44,899 bases of DNA from positions 1-44,899 of the forward strand of contig WLOT01000001.1 of NCBI GenBank assembly GCA_009699125.1. Reading direction: 5' to 3'. Every line of letters starts with the position of its first letter. Position 1 is the first letter of the stretch. The notes under the pieces were generated by a model, which did no database searches, was not told the origin of the DNA, and was given only the letters and a program-made list of their open reading frames with translations. The translations under genes and the position numbers were made by a program. The stretch is from Actinomycetota bacterium (GTDB lineage Bacteria; Actinomycetota; Acidimicrobiia; Acidimicrobiales; Acidimicrobilacustridaceae). Shown piece by piece: positions 37,372 through 44,899 of the stretch.

Positions 37372-38472
37372 CTAGAGCGATTTACGTTCGACTTTTCCGA
37401 GCGATGTGCGTGGAAGGGCATCGAGAAACTCGATGCGTCGTGGGGCACAGTATGCAGGAAGCGTCTGTTTCACGTGGTCTCGAAGTTGATCGAGCGTTGG
37501 CGGCGTTGACGGGTCGGCGGCGACCACGACGGCGGTGACGATATGACCCCATTCGTCGTCGGGTCTTCCGACGATTGCGACTTCATTGACCGAGGCAAGT
37601 GCGGAAATCGATTCCTCGACTGGTGCGGGCCAAATCTTTTCGCCGCCAGAAATAATGAGGTCGCCGCGACGGCCGTGCACGACGAGGCGACCATCGATGA
37701 GTTCGCCGGCATCGTTTGTTGGGAACCAACCGTCGGTGGTGCGTGGGTCGGTGCCGTCTCGGTAGCAACGCAACAACATGTCGCCGCGAACCTGAATCTC
37801 ACCATCAACGATTCGGAGGTCGACATCCGGGAGGATGTCGCCATCGAAGACCACTGCGCTACCAGTTTCGGTCATGCCGTAACTCGCTCGGCAATTTTCG
37901 GGAAGATTCTCGGGTGATGCTTGTCCGCCAACAATGATGCGGCGGAAGAGACTCGGATCAATGCGGGCAAGTGTGGTTGGAACGAGCGAGGTGAGCGTGG
38001 CGCCGTCTCGGGCTGCGGTTTCTACTGAAGCGACATCGAACCGATCGTGAACAATGAGCGGGATTCCAAATGTGCGGGCTCGAACCACGATGGCGAGACC
38101 GGCGATATGAGTGAGCGGAAGACAGCACAACCAGCGATCAGTTGCGGGATCGACGCCAAGTGCAGTTGAAGTTGAGCGTGCTGATGCCTCGAGCGACGCA
38201 TGCGTATGTACGACGCCCTTCGGTGTCCCGGTGCTTCCAGAGGTGGCGATCACGAGGGCATCGCCAGCGTCGACCTGACGGCCGTTGAAACGCTGTTCGG
38301 TGCCATCAGCCTCGATGAGGCGAGTGGGGGCGAGCGCAGCGATGAGGGCGGCTCGGGCTGCATCAGGAAGGCGAGGGTCGAGGGGCATGGCCGCGTCGCC
38401 GCGTTCCCAGATCGTTGAGAGGGTCTCGACAAAGCCCTGGCCGGTTTGGGCGATCGCCACTAATTGCTGCAT
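37372..38472 (-). CDS. menE: o-succinylbenzoate--CoA ligase (short actinobacterial form)
   Basis: TSGSTGTPKG, LPLTHIAG, YGMTET, GRRGDLIISGGEKI and PRTSLGK motifs; adjacent to menA. Confidence 0.8.
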   Translation of the reverse strand: MQQLVAIAQTGQGFVETLSTIWERGDAAMPLDPRLPDAARAALIAALAPTRLIEADGTEQRFNGRQVDAGDALVIATSGSTGTPKGVVHTHASLEASARSTSTALGVDPATDRWLCCLPLTHIAGLAIVVRARTFGIPLIVHDRFDVASVETAARDGATLTSLVPTTLARIDPSLFRRIIVGGQASPENLPENCRASYGMTETGSAVVFDGDILPDVDLRIVDGEIQVRGDMLLRCYRDGTDPRTTDGWFPTNDAGELIDGRLVVHGRRGDLIISGGEKIWPAPVEESISALASVNEVAIVGRPDDEWGHIVTAVVVAADPSTPPTLDQLRDHVKQTLPAYCAPRRIEFLDALPRTSLGKVERKSL

Positions 38473-38533
38473 CGGGGTGAGGCTAGGCCTCAGATTCGGC
38501 GGGCCTGGCCTCCACCGGCCACACTTGCCGCCT

Positions 38534-39424
38534 ATGAAGGACTGGATTGCTGGAGCCCGACCCCGAACCCTGCCTGCGGCACTGGTGCCCGTGCTTGTCG
38601 GGACCGCAGCTGCGGCCGGCATGAATGGCGATACCAATGTGCTGAAGGGGCTCATCATCTGGCGCTTCATCGCTGCCCTTGTGGTCTCGCTCGCGCTGCA
38701 GGTCGGCGTGAATTACGCCAATGACTATTCCGACGGGATCCGCGGAACCGATGCCGATCGCGTTGGGCCGATGCGACTCACAGGGTCTGGGCGCAAGAAG
38801 GCGAGCGCAGTAAAGCGCGCTGCGTTTCTCTCCTTTGGTGTCGCTGCAGTCGCTGGTCTCGGTCTCGCGGCGGCGACGAGTTGGTGGCTGATCGCTGTCG
38901 GAGTTGTGGCAATTGCTGCGGCCTGGTTCTACACCGGTGGACCTCGTCCGTATGGCTACGCGGGTTTGGGCGAAGTCTTTGTGTTCGTGTTCTTTGGAAT
39001 TGTGGCAACAACTGGTTCGGCATTCGTGCAGATCGAACGTGTCACGCCGCTCACTCTTCTCGTTTCGATTCCGGTTGGTCTTTTTGCGACGGCGTTACTC
39101 GTGGTGAACAACCTTCGAGATATCCCGGGTGACACCGAATCGGGTAAGCGCACACTTGCAGTTCGTCTTGGAGACAAGCGGACACGGATTTTCTACATCG
39201 TGCTCGTTGTGGTGCCGTTCTTGACGGTGCCGTTCTTGTGCGGACTTTCGCAACGCCCCGCAGGCGCTCTCTCGATGTTCGCGGTTCTTCTTGCTCGTAA
39301 GCCGGTGCAGCGCGTGATCGAAGGCGCCCGGGGTCCTGCACTGATTCCAGTGCTCGGAGCAACGGGAAAGATTCAGTTGGCCTTCGGCGTATTGATCTCG
39401 GCCGGATTGTTTATCGGCGGCTGA
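38534..39424 (+). CDS. menA: 1,4-dihydroxy-2-naphthoate polyprenyltransferase
   Basis: GARPRTLP, NYANDYSDGIRGTD, YTGGPRPYGY and NNLRDIPGD...GKRTLAVRLG motifs. Confidence 0.95.
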   Translation: MKDWIAGARPRTLPAALVPVLVGTAAAAGMNGDTNVLKGLIIWRFIAALVVSLALQVGVNYANDYSDGIRGTDADRVGPMRLTGSGRKKASAVKRAAFLSFGVAAVAGLGLAAATSWWLIAVGVVAIAAAWFYTGGPRPYGYAGLGEVFVFVFFGIVATTGSAFVQIERVTPLTLLVSIPVGLFATALLVVNNLRDIPGDTESGKRTLAVRLGDKRTRIFYIVLVVVPFLTVPFLCGLSQRPAGALSMFAVLLARKPVQRVIEGARGPALIPVLGATGKIQLAFGVLISAGLFIGG

Positions 39425-40192
39425 TTACAAGGTTTCTGACAGCCACTTGGTAATTGTCGATGCGCTTGCTGTCGGATTTTCTAGCTGTGCACTGTGGCCC
39501 GCGTTGTCGATGATTTGAATCGACGCATTCGTTCCAATCGATTCGACGAGTTGGTGGCCGAGTTGTGTGAACTTGTCGTCGTTGGCGCCAGCGATGACGA
39601 GTACCGGCATTGTGAGTTCGCCGAGACGATCCCACAACGGCTCTTGGGTTCCTGTTCCGCACAACCTCAAACTCGATGCCAAACCTGTTGCTGAATTTGT
39701 GGCACGAACTTGTCGACACGATTGCTCGGCGGTGAGCGATGCAAACAGTGGCTGCGAAAGCCATTCGTCGAGGAACGCTTCGATTCCGATGTCTTCGAGG
39801 TGGTCAGCAAGCGCATCATCAGCAGTTCGGCGTTGCGCGCGTTCTTCGTTGCCCTCAAGCCCGCCCGTGGCTCCGATAACGATGAGGCGTTTGACCAGTT
39901 CCGGATGGGCGAGCGCAAGATGGAGGGCGACGCGACCGCCCAGCGAATACCCGATGACGATGCTCGGCTCGAGAGTCGCAGCGAGTAACTCGGCAGTTTG
40001 CGGAAGGTTCGCTCGCACGTCAGCAGAACCGCCGTGGCCTGGAAGGTCAACCGCCACGATCGGATGGGACGTGGCGAGGATGTCAGCGAATGTTCCCCAG
40101 CAGCCCGCGGTTTGGGTGAATCCGTGGAGCAGCGTGATCGAAGTGTCGTCGGCGGTGCCAGTCCGAATGGTGGAGAGCTGGGGAGAAGACAC
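39425..40192 (-). CDS. menH: SHCHC synthase MenH (alpha/beta hydrolase)
   Basis: LHGFTQ, DLPGHG, GYSLGGR, WLSQPLF, DDKF and GHSAQLE motifs; divergent from menD. Confidence 0.85.
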   Translation of the reverse strand: MSSPQLSTIRTGTADDTSITLLHGFTQTAGCWGTFADILATSHPIVAVDLPGHGGSADVRANLPQTAELLAATLEPSIVIGYSLGGRVALHLALAHPELVKRLIVIGATGGLEGNEERAQRRTADDALADHLEDIGIEAFLDEWLSQPLFASLTAEQSCRQVRATNSATGLASSLRLCGTGTQEPLWDRLGELTMPVLVIAGANDDKFTQLGHQLVESIGTNASIQIIDNAGHSAQLENPTASASTITKWLSETL

Positions 40193-40238
40193 CCGCTCAG
40201 CGTAGAGCTCGGACCGGCGCGGACCGTAGGCTGCGGTC

Positions 40239-41936
40239 ATGACTGACGAGGACAACGGCGTACTCAACGCAACCTTCTGCGCCACCCTCGTCGACGAATG
40301 GGTTCGAAACGGGCTCACCGATGCGGTGGTGTGTCCGGGTTCGCGCTCAACGCCAATGGCTGTCGCACTCGTGGCCGACGGCCGCGTGCGTGTCCATGTG
40401 CATCACGATGAGCGGTCAGGGTCGTTCATGGCCCTTGGGCTTGCTCGAGCAACAGGCCGAGCAGCGCTGGTGCTCTCGACCAGCGGTACTGCTGCGGTCG
40501 AATTTCATCCGGCAGTCGTCGAAGCCGAACTCGATCGTGTGCCGCTTCTTGTCGTTACTGCTGATCGACCTCCGCGCCTGCGTGGGATCGGGGCACCGCA
40601 AACGATCGATCAGGTCGACCTCTACGGCTCAGCAGTTCGACTGTCGGTCGATGCTCCTGTGCCGGCATCGTCGAATCGTTCGACGTGGCGTGCGCTTGCA
40701 ATGCGCACATGGTGGGCAACTGCCGGAGCAGATCCCGGTCCGGTGCACTGCAACCTTCCGTTCGATGAACCACTTGTTGGCGTTCCGGCGGACTTACCCG
40801 CGCTCGACGACTCTGAGCACGCCGTTGTCGACCCCGGTGACCCGTTTGCTGATCCAGGTCCGTTGCCAGAGCGAGGCCTGATCATCGCCGGGAGCGGCAT
40901 CGACGACGTTGACGCGGTTTTGCTTCTGGCCGAAACCCTCGGTTGGCCGATCCTTGCTGATCCGCGAAGTGGGTGCCGCGTTGAGCATCGTTGCGTCATC
41001 GCCCATGGCGACACTCTTTTACGCACTGCCGGTGCGCAGCGCGACGTCGAGATGATCATTCGTTTCGGGGCGCTTCCAGCATCGAAGGTGATTGGTGAGT
41101 GGGTCGGCGCATCGTCTGCAACGCACGTGCATATTGATCCGACTGCAGCGGTAATTGATCCATCGCGCTCGGTGACACATCGCATCCGTCAGACGGCAGG
41201 CATGTATGCGCGGTCCATCATCGAGATTGTTGATGGCGTTACTCGACCAGCGTGGCTCGAACGCTGGCGCCGCGCTGACGATGCCGTTGAAGAGGCTCTT
41301 GCAGTTGTTCTTGCTTCAGCAACTTCAATCACCGAACCTGGGGTTGCCCGCAACGTTGTCGCTGCAGTTCCCGCTGGCGGAACGCTTGTCGTTTCGTCAT
41401 CGATGCCAATCCGCGATGTCGAGTGGTTTAGTGCTCGACGCGACGGCCTCAACGTGGTTTCGAACCGCGGAGCAAACGGGATCGATGGCGTTGTATCAAC
41501 CGCTGTCGGAGTGGCGCTTTCAGGGATTCCGACCGCATTGCTCATAGGGGATGTTGCGTTCCTGCACGACACGAATGGTTTGCTCGGGCTCGATGCTCGC
41601 GGTGTCGATCTCTGCATCGTCGTGGTCGATAACGATGGTGGAGGAATCTTTTCCTTCCTGCCACAAGCAACCGTGCTTGAACCCGCGCAATTTGAACAAC
41701 TCTTCGGAACTCCGCACGGAGTCGACTTGGCGATGCTTGCCCATGCACATGGTTTGCCTGTGCTGGAAGCATCAGACGACCTGACTGTTGGCCTCGCAGT
41801 CGAAGCGTCGTTGGCGACTGGTGGCGTACATATCGTTCTTGCACGTTCAAACCGAACCGACAATGTCGCTGTGCATGATTCGTTACATCAGGCAGGTATC
41901 GCTGCCGCAGAAGCCACTGGTTGGGCTACGGCCTAA
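40239..41936 (+). CDS. menD: SEPHCHC synthase MenD
   Basis: CPGSRSTP, DERSGSFMALG, TSGTAA, TADRP, NRGANGIDG and GDVAFLHD...NDGGGIF (ThDP) motifs. Confidence 0.96.
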   Translation: MTDEDNGVLNATFCATLVDEWVRNGLTDAVVCPGSRSTPMAVALVADGRVRVHVHHDERSGSFMALGLARATGRAALVLSTSGTAAVEFHPAVVEAELDRVPLLVVTADRPPRLRGIGAPQTIDQVDLYGSAVRLSVDAPVPASSNRSTWRALAMRTWWATAGADPGPVHCNLPFDEPLVGVPADLPALDDSEHAVVDPGDPFADPGPLPERGLIIAGSGIDDVDAVLLLAETLGWPILADPRSGCRVEHRCVIAHGDTLLRTAGAQRDVEMIIRFGALPASKVIGEWVGASSATHVHIDPTAAVIDPSRSVTHRIRQTAGMYARSIIEIVDGVTRPAWLERWRRADDAVEEALAVVLASATSITEPGVARNVVAAVPAGGTLVVSSSMPIRDVEWFSARRDGLNVVSNRGANGIDGVVSTAVGVALSGIPTALLIGDVAFLHDTNGLLGLDARGVDLCIVVVDNDGGGIFSFLPQATVLEPAQFEQLFGTPHGVDLAMLAHAHGLPVLEASDDLTVGLAVEASLATGGVHIVLARSNRTDNVAVHDSLHQAGIAAAEATGWATA

Positions 41937-43212
41937 CGATTGCGCCAAGCATGGTTTGGAGTTTGGCGCGGGTCTCGGCCAACTCCTGTTCGGCTTGAGA
42001 GTCGGCAACAACACCCACTCCGGCGTGGATTCGGGTTCGGGTTCCGTTGATCTGCGCAGATCGAATGCCCACTGCCCACGTTCCATTGCCCTTGGCGTCG
42101 ACCCAGCCGACGGGGCCGGCGTAACGGCCGCGATCGAGACCTTCGAGTTCTTCGATGAGGGCAAGTGCCGCGTCGCGGGGCATTCCGCCGACTGCGGGTG
42201 TTGGGTGCAACGCCCCAACGAGTTCGAGAACCGAGGCGATCGGTTCAGAGAGTTGGCCTTCGAGCCGGGTCGAAAGATGTTGCACATTGGCAACGGCGAC
42301 GATTGAAGGTTCCGCTTCTTCGTCGAGGTACGAACACCAGGGCAGCAACGTGTCGTGCACCATATCGATCGTGTGGCGATGCTCGTCCTTTGTGTTCGTT
42401 GAGGCGAGCAGCCCTGCAGCAAGTCGTGCATCGGTTTCGGGATCGCCACTTCGGGGTGCGGTTCCTGCCATTGGATGCGCCCGAACGACGGTGCCGGTGC
42501 GTTCCACTAGGAGTTCAGGAGTTGCTCCTACGAATCCGTCGATTGAGAACAAATGGCTCGCGGGAAACGTGCGACGAAGCTGCGAGAGCACTGCGCTTGG
42601 ACTGACAGGGCGATCGGTGATGAGTTCGATGCCTCGGGCAAGAACAACTTTGCGTGCATCACCGGCTGCGAGACGTTCGGTGGCAGTCGTGACGGCCGCA
42701 CACCATTCCTCGGGACTGCGCAAAGGACGGATATCGAAAGTCGATGGCGAATTGCTTGACGAATGCAGACCAGCATCGCGGGCAAACCCGGTGCCAAGGA
42801 CTGTGGCCCGTTCGAGAACCTCGGAGAGTTCGGCTTCGGACGGTTCGTCGTCGGGGAGCGTGATCGTGGTGAGCCACGTGGTGCCGTCGGCATTTTGACC
42901 AATTGCGATTCGGGGAATGACTAATTCGCCGTCGAGGTCAGCGTCGAATGGAAATGCTCCGAAAGCAACAGCTCCCGAGCCGGGGATGTCGAGTTCATCG
43001 GTGACATCGATGTGCGCAAAGGCGGCACGGGCTGTGGCAGCGGTGAGGGCTCGGTCGCTCCGGGGGACGGCGATTCGCGCCGCGCTTCCGATTCCGACGA
43101 TGCCTGCGCCATTGGTGACGAAAAGCATGTCGTTGTCGTCGCAAAGTGCGACGAGGTCAACGTCAACCGCAAGCGCACGAGTGCGAGCAACGAGGCCCAC
43201 GGTCTGGTTCAC
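41926..43212 (-). CDS. menF: isochorismate synthase
   Basis: KVVLAR, GATPELL, AGTAPR, EH, VQHL, LHPTPAVGG, RGRYAGPVGW, IRSA and AGVGVVADS motifs; located in the men cluster. Confidence 0.9.
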   Translation of the reverse strand: MNQTVGLVARTRALAVDVDLVALCDDNDMLFVTNGAGIVGIGSAARIAVPRSDRALTAATARAAFAHIDVTDELDIPGSGAVAFGAFPFDADLDGELVIPRIAIGQNADGTTWLTTITLPDDEPSEAELSEVLERATVLGTGFARDAGLHSSSNSPSTFDIRPLRSPEEWCAAVTTATERLAAGDARKVVLARGIELITDRPVSPSAVLSQLRRTFPASHLFSIDGFVGATPELLVERTGTVVRAHPMAGTAPRSGDPETDARLAAGLLASTNTKDEHRHTIDMVHDTLLPWCSYLDEEAEPSIVAVANVQHLSTRLEGQLSEPIASVLELVGALHPTPAVGGMPRDAALALIEELEGLDRGRYAGPVGWVDAKGNGTWAVGIRSAQINGTRTRIHAGVGVVADSQAEQELAETRAKLQTMLGAIVRP

Positions 43213-43919
43213 TGCTGGTCGTCGCTCCGTGTGGCGGTAATGAGTTGCGAAATGCCAACGGAAAGCAGTTGGCGTTCGACCTGTACGAATCCTGCGTCGG
43301 CGAGTTGTTGCAACATCACGCCAGGTTCGGGGAGATACGCAACCGATTTCGGAAGGTATTGGTACGCCGAAGGATCGGAAAGAAGGCCACCGACCTTGGG
43401 CACGATCGAGCCGAAGTAAATCGAGTGTCCCCAGCGCAAGAATCGGTTGGGGGGTTCGGCAACCTCAAGTAGGGCGATGCGGCCGCCGGGTCGAACTGTT
43501 CGTGCGAGCTCAGTGAAGAAGCCGCCGAGTTCGACAAGGTTTCGAAGAGCGAACCCGCAGGTAATGCCGTCGAGTGATCCATCGGGCACGGGAAGTGCAA
43601 GGGCGTCGGCTTCAGCGAGCGGAGCAGACGTTCGTGCTGCAGCGAGCATTCCGAATGAGAGGTCGAAACCGATTGGCCGTAGTCCTTGTTTTTGGAGTTC
43701 GCGACAGAAGTCACCAGTTCCGCAAGCGAGATCGGCAACGAGAGAGCCTTCGGGAAGTCCAAGATCGCGAACAGTGCGTGTACGCCAGCCGACGTCCATG
43801 CGGAACGTCATCACTCGGTTGACGAGGTCGTAGCGAGGAGCGATCGCGTCGAACATTGAGCGAACGGCGCGGACTTTCTCTTCGCCCTGAGGGAGCTGCT
43901 GGCTGTTCATCTCGGTCAC
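43209..43919 (-). CDS. menG: demethylmenaquinone methyltransferase (UbiE/MenG)
   Basis: MFDAIAPRYDLVNRVMTF, DLACGTGD, FALRN, RPGGR and AYQYLPKS motifs. Confidence 0.93.
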   Translation of the reverse strand: MTEMNSQQLPQGEEKVRAVRSMFDAIAPRYDLVNRVMTFRMDVGWRTRTVRDLGLPEGSLVADLACGTGDFCRELQKQGLRPIGFDLSFGMLAAARTSAPLAEADALALPVPDGSLDGITCGFALRNLVELGGFFTELARTVRPGGRIALLEVAEPPNRFLRWGHSIYFGSIVPKVGGLLSDPSAYQYLPKSVAYLPEPGVMLQQLADAGFVQVERQLLSVGISQLITATRSDDQQ

Positions 43920-43994
43920 GGGATTAGCCTACGGGCCGATTGGCATCAGTGACGAAGCGGGGGCGTACTGCAAAATACTTGACGGAGAGTCGCC

Positions 43995-44897
43995 TTACCT
44001 CGGCAAAGTCGTCGAGGTCGTCGTGGTGGACGTCGACGGCGCTCTAGGCGTTGCGATTCCAAATTTCGCAAGGTTCGAGACGCTTGGGTGCTTGATGCCG
44101 GCCGGACCTTCGGCGAAGGCATCGAGGATGTTCACGGTCACCTTTTGGAGTTTGCAGATCGGTGTGGTCGGAGGACCAGCGGGGCACGCATCGAGGAGTC
44201 GTGGCGACCATCCGAATGTTGCTGCAGTAAAGACTCCGGCACCGCTTGGGGTCGTGTACCAGGTGGAATCAGCGAATGACGCTTTACCGCGACACGTGAC
44301 GGGGGAGTGCGCAAGGACCTGAATATTCGCCGGCGTTGGTGCACTCGGTGTTACTCGGTCGTATTCGTTGCCCACCATCTTCGAAACTCGGTCTCCATTT
44401 TTGAATTCGGAACCTTCGAACATCCACATCGATGTATCGCCGACCACCCAATCGGCTTCGACGGGGTTGCATTCGTAGTACGAGCCAGTGAGTGAACTCT
44501 CGGGGTTCGGCGCCGGACTTTCGCGGAACGACGACGTGACGCGTTCGTTGTCTTTCCCATAGAGGGGGTCACGGGTCGCGTCGCGGTAGTTGACCTCAAG
44601 GCGCGCCTTTCCGGTACTTGCGTCCTCAAGGCGAATGCGGCGGTAGACATTGTTGGCGCCGAAGAATCCGATATTCACGCCGGCATCTCGGGCAGCTTCA
44701 AGGTTTTTGCGCATCTCGACCGTGTAGTACTCGTCATGTCCCGGAATGACGATACCGCGATGGTTTTTGGCCAATTCTCCGCGTTGGTGAAGGTCGATGT
44801 TGGTCCAATACGAAACGTCATAACCATGGCGTTCAACGAAGGCAATGAACTCTCGTTCGCGGCCTAAGAATTCGCCACTGCCGTTTCCGGTATAGGG
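43995..44897 (-). CDS. N,N-dimethylformamidase beta-subunit-like (DUF6605-type) domain protein, 5'-truncated by the window edge
   Basis: Frame stays open to the window end (PYTGNG...ERHGYDVSYWTNIDLH). GHDEYY, FFGANNVY, VGNEYD and SGAGVF motifs; Thr-rich tail. Confidence 0.75.
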   Translation of the reverse strand, partial: PYTGNGSGEFLGREREFIAFVERHGYDVSYWTNIDLHQRGELAKNHRGIVIPGHDEYYTVEMRKNLEAARDAGVNIGFFGANNVYRRIRLEDASTGKARLEVNYRDATRDPLYGKDNERVTSSFRESPAPNPESSLTGSYYECNPVEADWVVGDTSMWMFEGSEFKNGDRVSKMVGNEYDRVTPSAPTPANIQVLAHSPVTCRGKASFADSTWYTTPSGAGVFTAATFGWSPRLLDACPAGPPTTPICKLQKVTVNILDAFAEGPAGIKHPSVSNLAKFGIATPRAPSTSTTTTSTTLPR

Positions 44898-44899
44898 AC

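Noticed and set aside
37372-38472. menE as a truncated pseudogene
   Set aside because: All adenylation motifs are present in one frame, and short MenE proteins are normal in Actinobacteria.
1-44899. Prophage, IS, integron, defence system, tRNA or rRNA
   Set aside because: No integrase, transposase, nuclease-effector or RNA-gene signatures seen; nearly all sequence is accounted for by housekeeping genes with very short spacers.

Overview
Compact housekeeping region of an actinobacterial chromosome, most consistent with class Acidimicrobiia. That assignment is inferred from: no ftsA, murB inside the dcw cluster, sepF/yggT/divIVA, a bpa proteasome activator and a type-2 IleRS. About 0.3-18.4 kb is a division and cell wall (dcw) operon: mraZ-rsmH-ftsL-ftsI-murE-mraY-murD-ftsW-murG-murC-murB-ftsQ-ftsZ-pgeF-yggS-sepF-yggT-divIVA. 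murF is cleanly missing and ddl is absent. Next come ileS (inverted), a histone-H1-like/DksA fusion, lspA, an RluA/D-family synthase, an Rrf2 regulator, an alkaline-phosphatase-superfamily enzyme, a GT-C-like membrane protein, bpa, an HdeD-like protein, dnaE, an uncharacterised protein, a nitroreductase, a YyaL-like protein, an aldo/keto reductase and a crotonase. A scattered menaquinone cluster follows (menE, A, H, D, F, G; no menB or menC), then a truncated DMF-amidase-beta-like gene. I saw no mobile element, CRISPR array, tRNA or rRNA, and no clear multi-gene novel system. The best leads are: a large three-way-junction RNA structure between mraZ and rsmH, the murF-less dcw operon, the GLHH signature in IleRS, a zinc-less histone-like DksA, pervasive leaderless and back-to-back promoters, and two operator-like palindromes (dnaE, bpa). 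Many start codons were moved from the supplied ORF track using RBS, overlap or -10 evidence. All calls were made by eye without database searches.
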